DNA of 35,708 nucleotides from Candidatus Fermentithermobacillaceae bacterium UBA3907 (GCA_002391545.1 DGFF01000024.1:1-35708); one strand, 5' to 3'; positions 25,295-35,485 are shown, numbered from the stretch's first letter. Numbers and translations: made by a program. The notes: generated by a model not told the origin, from the sequence alone.

Positions 25295-26480
25295 ATGACG
25301 AAGGGTAGGTCTGGTACTTACGGCGGCCAATATGTGCGTGAAACAGTGATGAACGCTCTTATAGAGCTGGAAGAGGCGTATGATTTTTTGAGCAAAGAGC
25401 CTGGTTTTGTAGATGAATTAGACGATTTACTGAAGAACTATGCTGGAAGACCTTCTCTGTTATACTACGCAGACAAAATGACTAGAGATCTTGGCGGAGC
25501 TAAAGTGTACCTAAAACGCGAGGATCTCAATCATACGGGTCCTCACAAAATAAACAATGTGTTGGGACAGGTGCTTTTGGCCAAACGCATGGGAAAGACA
25601 CGGGTGATCGCTGAAACCGGAGCGGGTCAGCATGGGGTGGCCGTAGCTACTGTTGCAGCTCTTATGGATATGCAATGTGAAGTATTCATGGGCGAGGAAG
25701 ATACGAAACGGCAATCGCCTAATGTATACCGTATGAATCTATTAGGTGCAAAGGTGAACGTGGTTCCTAGCGGAACTCGGACCTTGAAAGATGCAGTTAA
25801 CGAGGCTATGCGCGAGTGGACCAGGCGAGTTCATGATACTCATTATGTTCTCGGTTCGGTAATGGGCCCTCACCCTTTTCCAAGTATTGTTAGAGACTTT
25901 CAAAGTGTGATAGGCCGAGAAGTTAGGCGGCAAATACTGGAGACAGAGGGTAGACTTGCCGACGTTTTGCTGGCATGCGTCGGGGGAGGCAGCAATGCAC
26001 TGGGGTTATTCTATGAGTTTTTGAACGATAGGAGCGTTCGCCTTATAGGATGTGAGGCCGGCGGTTATGGTACTGATACCGGAAAGACCGCCGCGACGAT
26101 GACGGTTGGCAGAGTAGGGGATACTTCACGGTATGAAATCGTATTTTTGCCAAGATGATCATGGCCAGATAACCCCCGTTTATTCAATTTCCGCTGGTCT
26201 TGATTACCCTGGAATTGGTCCCGAGCATGCTTTCTTGGCCGATTCAGATAGGGCGGAGTACGTTTCGGTAACTGATGAGGAAGCAGTAGAAGGTTTTGAA
26301 TACTTGGCGAGAACTGAAGGGATTATTCCAGCCATTGAAAGCGCCCATGCAGTCGCCTATGCGCGAAAGATTGTGCCTGAAATGAATCGCGATGAAACCG
26401 TCGTGATATGTCTTTCGGGTAGGGGAGATAAGGATGTTGCGTCTATGGCTAAATACAAGAGGGTGCAGGTAAATGAATGA
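25295..26480 (+). pseudogene. trpB: Tryptophan synthase beta chain, frameshifted
   Basis: [48 protein letters not shown]. Removing one G from GGGG at 26117-26120 restores [13 protein letters not shown]. Confidence 0.92.
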
Positions 26481-26934
26481 ATTGTCTCAAGTGTTTGCCG
26501 GAGGAAAAGCGTTTATCCCCTTTATAACAGCGGGAGATCCTTCAATAGAGGTTACTCAGGAACTGGTGCCTCGGATGCAGAAGGCAGGCGCTGATCTCAT
26601 TGAAATAGGCATACCGTTTTCTGACCCCATTGGTGAAGGATCTACAATTCAAGAGGCTAGCATTCGAGCGTTATCACGCGGCGTCAACGTGGATAAGATT
26701 TTCAGTGCTATGGAGTTCATACGAGAGTTCACTGATGTTCCGGTCGCATTCATGGCGTATGCAAACACGGTATTTTCCTACGGTAGTGACAAGTTTGTCA
26801 AGAGATGTAAAGACGTAAGTGTGCAGGGGTTGATTGTGGGAAGCGCAATAGTCGAAATCATGGGTGCGTACGGTGAGGAATGCATCCCTTATGTGTTGGA
26901 ATATGTACGTGCGATGAAAGATGGAATTTCCTAA
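26473..26934 (+). pseudogene. trpA: Tryptophan synthase alpha chain with large in-frame internal deletion
   Basis: FIPFITAGDP, IEIGIPFSDP, IQEASIRAL, then GLIV joined directly to GSAIV; 153 aa versus about 260 typical. Confidence 0.9.
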
Positions 26935-26997
26935 AAGAAGCAGGTAGGCAGCGTCCACCCCGTAGATCTGTAACGGGCGGACGCTGTCTGTTTTCTT
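26935..26997. terminator. Probable bidirectional terminator between trpA and aroQ
   Basis: AGGCAGCGTCC...GGACGCTGTCT stem flanked by AAAGAAG and GTTTTCTT, between convergent genes. Confidence 0.7.
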
Positions 26998-27003
26998 AGC
27001 ATA

Positions 27004-27456
27004 CTATTCTGTTTGCCCCGACTTTTTGAAATGCTCTGTGAACCACTCGAGGGCAAACACGTAACCGTATGTGCCCAATCCACATATCTGCCCAACTACC
27101 ACCGGCGCTGTAACTGATGTATGCCTAAACTGTTCTCTAGCGTATATGTTGGATAAATGTACCTCTACAACTGGAATTTTGAGGGTTTCAAGGGCATCTC
27201 TTATGGCTAAGCTGTAGTGCGTAAAAGCTGCTGGGTTGATGATAAGGCCTTGATATTCTGCTCTCGCTTCTTGTATTGCATCAACTATTTCTCCCTCGTG
27301 GTTTGATTGAAACGTTTCTACGGTTATACCTAGTTGCTCACCTACTTTCTTTATCTTAGCGTTCACTTCTGAAAGGCTTGTATTGCCATAGACATCTGGC
27401 TGCCTGTTTCCCAATAGGTTGAGGTTGGGACCGTGAATGACAAGTATCTTTTTCAT
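27004..27456 (-). CDS. aroQ: Type II 3-dehydroquinate dehydratase
   Basis: HGPNLNLLG, QSNHEG, INPAAFTHYS, EVHLSNIYARE. Confidence 0.96.
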   Translation of the reverse strand: MKKILVIHGPNLNLLGNRQPDVYGNTSLSEVNAKIKKVGEQLGITVETFQSNHEGEIVDAIQEARAEYQGLIINPAAFTHYSLAIRDALETLKIPVVEVHLSNIYAREQFRHTSVTAPVVVGQICGLGTYGYVFALEWFTEHFKKSGQTE

Positions 27457-27482
27457 GTATTACCACCCCCGCTTTGAATAAC

Positions 27483-29135
27483 TTATATTTGTTGCTTCTC
27501 AAGAGCTTTTATTATAAGTTTGAGGTCAAGATCATCTGCTATCATTGCTTTGCCCAGGCCCTCGCATAGCACGAATCTTTTTTTCCCATGGCCAGATTTT
27601 TTGTCCGATTGGAGGAACGGGTAGAGGCTGGAAAAAGTTAGATCGGTGCGAGTAGGCAAACCGAGATCCTTCAGCAGTTTGATGGCCATACTCATTTCGT
27701 CAGTTCCCATTATGCCAATGTCTACCGAAATAGACATAGATAATGCCATTCCGATACTTACGGCTTCTCCGTGACGCAGGGCGCCATATCCCGATGCTGC
27801 TTCAATTGCGTGGCCAAGGGTGTGTCCGAAGTTCAGGATCATGCGCGGGCCTTTTTCCCAAGGGTCTTCTTTGACTATTTTACTTTTTATCTCGCAACTA
27901 CGTCTCACGAGGTATTCAAGTGTTTCCATGTCCCTTTTCAAAATTGGACCAACGTTGTTTCGTATGAAAAAGAAAAATTCCCGATCCATTGCTATGCCGT
28001 ATTTGACTACTTCTCCCAATCCCTCGATATAGTCGCGGTCGGGCAAGCTGGATAAAGTGCTTGTATCCGAAATAACTAACACAGGGTTATAGAAGCTCCC
28101 TATTAGGTTCTTTACCCCACAATGATTAACTGCCACCTTTCCGCCTATGCTTGAGTCCACTTGTGCTAAAAGAGTGGTAGGAATTTGAACTAAAGGGACT
28201 CCCCTCATGTAAGTTGATGCTGCAAATCCTGCAAGATCACCTACTACTCCGCCACCAAGGGCTAGCATAGGAGTGTCGCGAGTTACGTTTTTTGCTGCTA
28301 GGCTATTGTATATGTAAGATGCAGTTTCGAGGCTCTTCGCATCTTCGCCGTCAGGCACGACTACGACTGCTGGTTCGATTCCTGTATGTAGCATACTATC
28401 GACTAGTTTGTCTGCATATAGTTGGTTAACGAGAGGATTTGTTATTATCACTGCTTCTTGAGAATATCCTAAACGTTCAAAAAGTGAGCGTAACGTAGTT
28501 GCAGATTTATCAAAGAGATTTTGACCGATAAGCACGTTATAGCCATTACCTGAATTGGTGTTAACGGGTACGCAATGAGGGTTCGAGTTTCTACGTGACC
28601 CAGTCTGTGTGATGTTGTGGCAGTCGGAGAGGTGCGCCAAAACATAGATGCAGATTTCATCTGGGGTGAGATTTGTTGTATCAAGGACGAGGTCGCATGA
28701 TTTTAGCCCTGGCAATCTCTGGTCTAGCAGGTTTTCTATCCGGTGAATGTTTTCCGTTTCATCAACGCACGCGAGCAATGGGCGAGAACGGTCATTTGCT
28801 GTCCGTCGCATGATCTCGCTAGGGGTTGCAGTAAGTCCTATAAGTATACCGGATTTCTTGGCACCGGTTATGTTTTCAGGATCGATAAGTGCTCCGCCGC
28901 CCAACGCGATAACCGTGTTCTTTAGCGCGAATACTTTCTCTAGTATCGCCTTTTCCATTGTTCGAAAATATGTCTCGCCTTGTTCGCTGAAAATCTGGGA
29001 AATAGATTTTCCAACCTCAGTTTCTATCAGAGTATCGGTATCTACAAACGGCATGTCTAATGCAGTAGCAACTACCCTGCCAATTGAGGTTTTTCCACAC
29101 GCCATCGGTCCACACAGTATTATGTTAGTTCCCAT
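27483..29135 (-). CDS. aroKB: Bifunctional shikimate kinase / 3-dehydroquinate synthase
   Basis: N-terminal GPMACGKT, DTD, GETYFR, LGGG, RPLL; C-terminal LGGGVVGDLAGF, PTTLLAQVDSSIGGK, LNFGHTLGHAIE, HGEAV. Confidence 0.95.
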   Translation of the reverse strand: MGTNIILCGPMACGKTSIGRVVATALDMPFVDTDTLIETEVGKSISQIFSEQGETYFRTMEKAILEKVFALKNTVIALGGGALIDPENITGAKKSGILIGLTATPSEIMRRTANDRSRPLLACVDETENIHRIENLLDQRLPGLKSCDLVLDTTNLTPDEICIYVLAHLSDCHNITQTGSRRNSNPHCVPVNTNSGNGYNVLIGQNLFDKSATTLRSLFERLGYSQEAVIITNPLVNQLYADKLVDSMLHTGIEPAVVVVPDGEDAKSLETASYIYNSLAAKNVTRDTPMLALGGGVVGDLAGFAASTYMRGVPLVQIPTTLLAQVDSSIGGKVAVNHCGVKNLIGSFYNPVLVISDTSTLSSLPDRDYIEGLGEVVKYGIAMDREFFFFIRNNVGPILKRDMETLEYLVRRSCEIKSKIVKEDPWEKGPRMILNFGHTLGHAIEAASGYGALRHGEAVSIGMALSMSISVDIGIMGTDEMSMAIKLLKDLGLPTRTDLTFSSLYPFLQSDKKSGHGKKRFVLCEGLGKAMIADDLDLKLIIKALEKQQI

Positions 29136-29160
29136 AATGTGCCACCTATCATTCTAGAGT

Positions 29161-30321
29161 TTAGGGTAAATTATCCAGATCCTTCTTCAGGGCGATCTTA
29201 ATCTGTTCAACAGTATCACTACCGTACCTTTCCATAAGGGCTGAAGCTAACTCCATAGCCACCATGGCTTCAGCAACTACACCGCATGCAGGCACGGCGC
29301 ATACATCCGATCTTTCAAAATGTGCCACTGACGGTGTCTTTGTTTCAAGTTCCACAGACTGAAGAGGTGTTTTTGTAGTAGAGATCGGCTTCATAACGGC
29401 CTGAATTATTAAAGGCTGACCATTTGTGACACCGCCTTCAATGCCTCCTGCGTTATTGCTCCGTCGTGTCAATTTTTTGCTGTGTTCGTCTAGGATGATT
29501 TCATCGTGAACTTGCGTTCCTGTTAGTTCAGGGTATTTGAAACCTAGACCGATTTCAACTCCTTTTACTCCCGGGATGCTCATAATCGCACCCGCTAGTC
29601 TGGCATCGAGTCGTCTATCCCATTGGACGTAGGTTCCCAATCCCGGTGGCAGACCGGTTGCCAACACTTGGAAGATACCGCCGATGGTGTCTTTTGACCG
29701 TATACATTCATCGATAGCAGCTACCATTTTTTCTGATGCATTCAGGTCGGCACATCTTACCGGCGAAGAAAGGGCTCGTTGTTCGACTAACCTAAGGTCC
29801 TTGGGTAGATTTTGAGCTCTAACCGTTCCTATTTGTGTGACGTGACTCGTGACGATTATGTCAAACTCCTCTAAGAATCTTTTGGCTACCGCTCCGCAAG
29901 CGACTCTGGCTACTGTTTCTCTGGCGCTAGCTCTTTCAAATACGTTTCTTAGATCTTGTAATTGATCGTATTTGATGGCTCCAGCCAAATCCGCATGTCC
30001 CGGTCTAGGCCTAGTTACTCTGGTTTCTTCAGTCATAGGTGCAACGGAAATGTCCATTATAGAAGCCCAGTTTTCCCAGTCCCGATTTGGAATGAGCATG
30101 CATATGGGGCTGCCGATGGTTTTGCCTGCCCTTACACCCGACAATATTTGAACAGTATCTTCTTCTATATTCATGCGGGGGCCGCGACCGTAACCCATTT
30201 GCCTTTTGGAAAGGCAACGGTTAATATATTCTTCCTGAATGTGAAGCCCCGCAGGCATTCCATCAATTATGGCTGTTAGGCATTTCCCGTGCGACTCTCC
30301 TGCAGTTAAAAAACGAAGCAT
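29161..30321 (-). CDS. aroC: Chorismate synthase
   Basis: TAGESHG, PRPGHAD, ERASARET, NNAGGIEGG, ERSD. Confidence 0.97.
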   Translation of the reverse strand: MLRFLTAGESHGKCLTAIIDGMPAGLHIQEEYINRCLSKRQMGYGRGPRMNIEEDTVQILSGVRAGKTIGSPICMLIPNRDWENWASIMDISVAPMTEETRVTRPRPGHADLAGAIKYDQLQDLRNVFERASARETVARVACGAVAKRFLEEFDIIVTSHVTQIGTVRAQNLPKDLRLVEQRALSSPVRCADLNASEKMVAAIDECIRSKDTIGGIFQVLATGLPPGLGTYVQWDRRLDARLAGAIMSIPGVKGVEIGLGFKYPELTGTQVHDEIILDEHSKKLTRRSNNAGGIEGGVTNGQPLIIQAVMKPISTTKTPLQSVELETKTPSVAHFERSDVCAVPACGVVAEAMVAMELASALMERYGSDTVEQIKIALKKDLDNLP

Positions 30322-30364
30322 TGTTTCGGCTCCTTTCTACGTGTTTATGCAAATCGATTATTGG

Positions 30365-31363
30365 TTACAAAGGATCAAACGACACCGCTCTTTTCATATG
30401 CTCGATAGGTGCTTCGTGCCCGGTCCATAATTCAAAAGATTTTGCTCCTTGCCAAACCAGAATTGAGCGGCCACCTACAGTAGGGAACCCCCTGGATGAT
30501 GCTTCTTGTATAAGAGGTGTCCCTTTAGGGGTATATACCAAGTCGCATATTAACGGTTTTCCTCTCAAGTTCATAAGTTGAGGGAAGGGGTTGGTTTCTT
30601 CAACCAGTCCCAGGGAGGTGGCATTTATAAAAACGTCAAAATTGAAAAAGTTCACAATAGACTCTAGTTCTAATAGATTGCCTGGTATTAGTTCAGGCAC
30701 GTTTTGTATGGGTTCCCTTTCTTCGTGAGCGGATTTCTCGGGAGCTAGTTTAGACATAGATTGTTTTGCGGCGCGACATAGATCAGAAGCCTTTGAGAAA
30801 GTTCTGTTTACTACGATTATCTTGCTACAACCTGCCTTAACCATGGCGTGTACTGCGGCTCTAGCTGCGCCCCCCGCCCCAGCCACGATAGCTGTCTTGT
30901 TTTTGAGAGATATTCCTGCATCGTGGTTGATAGCATCGAGGATTCCTTGTACATCCGTATTGTATCCTGTGAGACAACCTTCGACGTTTGTTACCGTATT
31001 AATTGCGTTACACGCTTGTGCTTCAGGGGATAGATGATCTACCATTTCCGCGGCGCGTATCTTATGCGGTACTGTGATATTTGCTCCCAACAAACCAAGC
31101 GCGCGTATTGCGGCCATAGCCGTTCCAAGTTCGCTAGGATGTACATCAAATGGTATGTAACAGATATCAAAACCACAGTGGTCAAAGGCGGCGTTTTGCA
31201 TTCTAGGTGACAGACTGTGAGATACAGGATGCCCCAGAAGACCGATTATCTTGGTTGAACCACTAACCTTACATGAGCGCACATCTAATGATTGGCGCAC
31301 TTCTTCGGTAGTGCAACATATATCCTGCCCCAACCGTGGGTTCTTTTCGTTTGAATCAAGCAT
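30365..31363 (-). CDS. aroE: Shikimate dehydrogenase
   Basis: HSLSP, NITVPHK, AINT, NTD, GAGGAARA, NRT, INATSLG, DLVY. Has an N-terminal extension of about 30 aa, so the start is uncertain. Confidence 0.93.
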   Translation of the reverse strand: MLDSNEKNPRLGQDICCTTEEVRQSLDVRSCKVSGSTKIIGLLGHPVSHSLSPRMQNAAFDHCGFDICYIPFDVHPSELGTAMAAIRALGLLGANITVPHKIRAAEMVDHLSPEAQACNAINTVTNVEGCLTGYNTDVQGILDAINHDAGISLKNKTAIVAGAGGAARAAVHAMVKAGCSKIIVVNRTFSKASDLCRAAKQSMSKLAPEKSAHEEREPIQNVPELIPGNLLELESIVNFFNFDVFINATSLGLVEETNPFPQLMNLRGKPLICDLVYTPKGTPLIQEASSRGFPTVGGRSILVWQGAKSFELWTGHEAPIEHMKRAVSFDPL

Positions 31364-31379
31364 GTCAGACTTCTTCCTT

Positions 31380-32666
31380 TTATTGTTTTACCTGTTCTAC
31401 AAGATCCCAAAACCCTGGAAATGACACATCGACGCAGTCTGCACCGTTTATTGTTGTAGTTCCCTGCGCTAAACTACCTGCTACCGCCATCGCCATTGCA
31501 ATTCTATGATCACCGTAGGTTTCTACATTTGTGCCGAATAGAGGGGTAGGTCCTTTAATAATAAGGCCGTCAGACGTTTCTTGGATATTCGCACCCATCT
31601 TATTCAGTTCCTTGGTGATCGCAGTCAAACGGTCCGATTCTTTCAACCGTAGTTCCTGGGCCCCCGATATTCGCGTAACGCCTTCTGCCTGAGTGCATAC
31701 TACGGCTAGTACAGGGATTTCATCAATGAGGTTAGGTATTTGTTCTGGTCGTACCTCGATCGCGTTCAGGGCTGAACCAGTTATCTTAAGAGATGCTACC
31801 GGTTCAAAACCGTAATGTTTTTCATCTATTAGAGCGATATTGGCTCCCATATCCTGCAATATTTCCACAAAACCTGTCCTGGTTGGATTTATACTCACGT
31901 CTAATATTGTAAGATCTGATTCTGGTGTCGCTGCTGCAAGGGCTAAGAAATATGCGGCTGACGATATATCTCCAGGTACGGTGACTCTTCTCCCAGAAAT
32001 ACGTGTTTTGCCCGTTACTGTCGTACGCATACCCTCAGTCGAAATTTGGGCGCCGAACCATTTTAATAGGCGCTCGGTATGATCTCTTGAACGATAAAGT
32101 TCTTCCAGAATGGTATATCCGGTTGCATTCATACCGGCCAGCAAAATCGCTGATTTTACCTGGGCACTAGCAATTTTCTGTTGGTAGCAAATTCCATGGA
32201 TGTTTTCCCCTTTGATCATCAAAGGAGCATAGCAACTATCTTTGCGGCCGCAAATGCAGGCTCCCATCTGGCGTAACGGCTCTACAATTCTGTCCATAGG
32301 CCGATTTCGAAGCGAAGAATCCCCGGTAATTACTGAGCAAAAAGGGATAGATGCTAAGACACCAGCCAGGAGTCTCATAGTGGTTCCCGAATTGCCTGCA
32401 TCTAAGATAGTGTCAGGTTCTTCTAAAGATTCTGGCCCTGCGCTTTGGATAAGTACCCTGTTTTCAGCTGAGCGTTCTATGGTCACACCAAGTTTCTCAA
32501 GACAAGTGAGTGTATGAGAGCAATCCAAGCCGGAAGCGTATCCGATTATTTCGGTTGTTCCGGTAGCGATAGCTCCAACAATAGCTGCCCTGTGAGAAAT
32601 AGACTTATCGCCAGGTACTCTTAGACAGCCAGATATTCCTTTATTCGGTTTTGTTACAGTTTCCAC
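31380..32666 (-). CDS. aroA: EPSP synthase (class II)
   Basis: PGDKSISHR, GNSGTTMRL, SAQVKSA, RDHTE, PGDISSAA, KESDR, DHRIAM. Confidence 0.97.
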   Translation of the reverse strand: METVTKPNKGISGCLRVPGDKSISHRAAIVGAIATGTTEIIGYASGLDCSHTLTCLEKLGVTIERSAENRVLIQSAGPESLEEPDTILDAGNSGTTMRLLAGVLASIPFCSVITGDSSLRNRPMDRIVEPLRQMGACICGRKDSCYAPLMIKGENIHGICYQQKIASAQVKSAILLAGMNATGYTILEELYRSRDHTERLLKWFGAQISTEGMRTTVTGKTRISGRRVTVPGDISSAAYFLALAAATPESDLTILDVSINPTRTGFVEILQDMGANIALIDEKHYGFEPVASLKITGSALNAIEVRPEQIPNLIDEIPVLAVVCTQAEGVTRISGAQELRLKESDRLTAITKELNKMGANIQETSDGLIIKGPTPLFGTNVETYGDHRIAMAMAVAGSLAQGTTTINGADCVDVSFPGFWDLVEQVKQ

Positions 32667-32710
32667 AACTACTCCTCCAAGACTTATATTTACAAGATCA
32701 GTAGACAGCT

Positions 32711-33646
32711 TTATGCGTCCTCTGCTGTTTCATTGAACATAAGCTTCCTGAATGTTTTGGCTGCGTCCAAATGTTGCTGCAAGGATGCTGCATCTCCCGA
32801 TTCCAGAAGAGAGGTTACAGAAGCTAATTTCTCAATTAATAATGACAGTCCTTTTATAATCTCACCAGTATTTGTGATTAGCATATCGGTGACCATTTGT
32901 GGATTTGATGAAACTACTCGTGTGGCGTCTCTGAAGGAACCAGCTGCCATTTTTAACGCAGCTGGGTGTGATTGGGATATGGTATTCAGACCATCTACTA
33001 GCGATACGGCCAACAGGTGTTCAATATGGCTGGTAAACGCGGATATTAAGTCATGTTCGGCAGGGCTTATGTGTAGGGGTATTGCTCCTATTGATCTGGC
33101 CATGTTGCTAAGCATAACTATTGGGTCAGTACCGTGGCTGTTCCTGTCGAACTCTTCACTAAATAATACACAAGAACAGATCACAAAATACCTGCCCTGG
33201 AACAAATCGGATTTTGCAGCATCTATCCCTGAATGTTCAGTTCCTGCCAAAGGATGGCAACCGACATAGGCTACATTTGCTTTTCTGGCACTAGATGATG
33301 CCAACAGTCTGGCCATGGAATTGTACACAAATTGTTTGGTGCTTCCCAAATCGGTGACTATGGTGCCTGGTTTGAGATGGGGTAAGATTGTTTCTACCAG
33401 CATTGGCATAGTTCTTACTGGAGTCGCAAGGACGACTATGTCTGCATTTTTGCATGCCGCGACCGGGTCGGTGGTTCCGTAGTGAATCGCTTTTTGGCTC
33501 AACGCTTTGTCCAATATTGTTTGTTCAAGATCAACTCCGATGACCCTTAGTCCTGCCGAAGATTCGATAAGAGCTTGCCCTAAAGAACCGCCTATTAGTC
33601 CGAGCCCTATTATGGTTACACATGCTGAGTTTAGCCCGCCTGACAT
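32711..33646 (-). CDS. tyrA: Prephenate dehydrogenase (no C-terminal ACT domain)
   Basis: GLGLIGGS, DLGSTK, HPLAGTE, EHD..TSH, GSFRDATRV. Confidence 0.93.
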   Translation of the reverse strand: MSGGLNSACVTIIGLGLIGGSLGQALIESSAGLRVIGVDLEQTILDKALSQKAIHYGTTDPVAACKNADIVVLATPVRTMPMLVETILPHLKPGTIVTDLGSTKQFVYNSMARLLASSSARKANVAYVGCHPLAGTEHSGIDAAKSDLFQGRYFVICSCVLFSEEFDRNSHGTDPIVMLSNMARSIGAIPLHISPAEHDLISAFTSHIEHLLAVSLVDGLNTISQSHPAALKMAAGSFRDATRVVSSNPQMVTDMLITNTGEIIKGLSLLIEKLASVTSLLESGDAASLQQHLDAAKTFRKLMFNETAEDA

Positions 33647-34674
33647 TTTGGAAAACCCTCCAGATATCTGCCAACTGCAGAAGCGATAATATTGATGTCT
33701 TGCATCATCTCAGCGAACACAGCGGGTTTAAGACTTTGGGCACCATCTGATAGTGCGTTTTCTGGATCTAGATGAACTTCGATCATTAGGCCATCGGCCC
33801 CCGCGGCGATAGAAGCTTTAGCCATCGGCGGGACCAATGCGCTGGATCCTGTTGCGTGGCTAGGGTCGGCAATCACAGGCAGATGGCTTAATTGCTTTAC
33901 CAAAGGGATTGCGCTCAGATCCATCGTATTTCTAGTATATGTTTCGAAGGTACGTATGCCTCTTTCACACAGTATAACTTCGTGATTTCCGCTGGCCATG
34001 ATATGCTCTGCGGCCATCAACCATTCTTCAACTGTACACATCATTCCCCTTTTTAGAAGTATAGGCTTCTTCACTTTGCCTAGTGAATGTAGCAGGGTAA
34101 AATTCTGCATGTTTCTCGCGCCAACCTGCAGTATATCTGCAAATTCGCTCACTAGCCCTACGTCTGAGGGAGACATGACCTCGGTGACTATAGGGAGACC
34201 CGATTCTTCCCTGGCTATAGCTAACATTTCCAGGCCCCTTACTCCTAGACCTTGAAAAGTGTAAGGAGAGGTCCGGGGTTTGTAAGCTCCCCCCCGCAAT
34301 ATGTGCGCTCCAGCATCTTTTACGGCCAATGCAGTTTCTATAATGGATCTTTGGTCTTCTATGGCACAGGGACCGGCCATAATCACTATACCCCCTGCGC
34401 CTATTGTGAGACCGTTGGGGAGTGTGATGACTGTAGGTTCTTGCTTGAACTCTCGGCTGGCGAGTTTGAAAGGTTGCAGGACTCGTATGACTCTTTCAAC
34501 ACCAGGAAGAACCTCAATTTTACGTGCATCAAAATTTCTTTCATCGCCGATGATCCCAACTATGGTTCTTTCAATGCCCTCAGATACGTGGGTCTGTAAG
34601 CCCACGCCGTTTATTTTGCTTATCAAGCCGTCTAACTCTTGTTTTGTTGATCCTGCCTTCATAACTACTATCAT
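33631..34674 (-). CDS. aroF: Class I-beta DAHP synthase with N-terminal ferredoxin-like regulatory domain
   Basis: MIVVMK..GIIGD N-domain, AGPCAIE, GGAYKPRTSPY, GARNMQNF, CERGIRTFE, DPSHATG. Confidence 0.96.
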   Translation of the reverse strand: MIVVMKAGSTKQELDGLISKINGVGLQTHVSEGIERTIVGIIGDERNFDARKIEVLPGVERVIRVLQPFKLASREFKQEPTVITLPNGLTIGAGGIVIMAGPCAIEDQRSIIETALAVKDAGAHILRGGAYKPRTSPYTFQGLGVRGLEMLAIAREESGLPIVTEVMSPSDVGLVSEFADILQVGARNMQNFTLLHSLGKVKKPILLKRGMMCTVEEWLMAAEHIMASGNHEVILCERGIRTFETYTRNTMDLSAIPLVKQLSHLPVIADPSHATGSSALVPPMAKASIAAGADGLMIEVHLDPENALSDGAQSLKPAVFAEMMQDINIIASAVGRYLEGFPKCQAG

Positions 34675-34703
34675 CGATATATTTCCTCCTTCCTAAGACT
34701 TGA

Positions 34704-35060
34704 CTATGTGAGGTCCAATCTCAACGCCGAGGCTTCCCTAATGTAAACATGGTTGATTTCCTCTTGAGTCTTGTCTGTGTTGACAAGCATAAGAATTCTT
34801 ATGCATCTTGGTAAACTGTTTTGCACATTCGCTTCCTGAGTACCAAATAGGGGAACCTTCAACAGATTCAAATTCCTCGCTGCAGTTGCAGGATAAGCAG
34901 CATCGAGATCTGGAGTTGAACTGAATATAATGCATGCCAAGGTCTCAGGGCGCAAATGGTTTCGGGCGAGCATGCATTTGAGCAGTTCTTCGCTTGCACC
35001 GAGTATGTCTTCTTTGCAGTTAGATCTGGCTGTTGTGGCTCCTCTTATGCCCCTTAACAT
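34704..35060 (-). CDS. aroH: AroH-type (Bacillus class) chorismate mutase
   Basis: RGIRGATT, TPDLDAAYPA, LPRCIRIL, HVY..LR.DL; ATG 35060 after AAAGGAGG. Confidence 0.93.
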   Translation of the reverse strand: MLRGIRGATTARSNCKEDILGASEELLKCMLARNHLRPETLACIIFSSTPDLDAAYPATAARNLNLLKVPLFGTQEANVQNSLPRCIRILMLVNTDKTQEEINHVYIREASALRLDLT

Positions 35061-35157
35061 TCGTTGCCCTCCTTTCCTTCGAAGTTTTGCCGCTATGTTG
35101 GTGACTAAACCTCCATATTTGTACACTCCTTCCAGTGGGTAGTAGCGGTTGTTTTAG

Positions 35158-35193
35158 GAAAATAAAGAACCCGTCCCTAGAAGGGACGGGTTT
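35158..35193 (-). terminator. T-box attenuator terminator
   Basis: Minus strand AACCCGTCCCT-tct-AGGGACGGGTT followed by CTTTATTTT. Confidence 0.88.
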
Positions 35194-35485
35194 CGTACCC
35201 GCGGTACCACCCTTTTTGATGCTTGAGGATCAAGCTCCGCTCTGAAGGTACGGCGACGTAACTTCAATGGTTAGTTCTTAGATTAATACATGCCAGACCT
35301 AGAGTTACTCGCGATACCTTTTTCCTTTTAACGGTGGAAGCTCCGCCTGAGTCTACTGCTGCCAAAGCCTTGCAGGTTCAACCGGTGGCTCTTGGGTGTA
35401 TTCAGCAGTTCTACCGGCCAAGTCGCACCGATCCCTTGGCTCTCTTTACGGATCGAGCTGCTTACTATTCCCAATCATTGCCTGC
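35158..35485 (-). ncRNA. T-box riboswitch with Tyr (UAC) specifier
   Basis: Minus strand: GGCAATGA/GAGCC GA motif, AGTA, AGAGA, GGTGCGA, specifier loop GAA-TAC-A (35398-35400), AGTAG and CCGTTA elements, T-box AAGGGTGGTACCGCG. Confidence 0.93.

Noticed and set aside
35180-35193. AAGGGACGGGTT resembling the REP-like repeat loop
   Set aside because: It is one arm of the T-box terminator and lacks the GAAGCAA/TTGCTTC stem.
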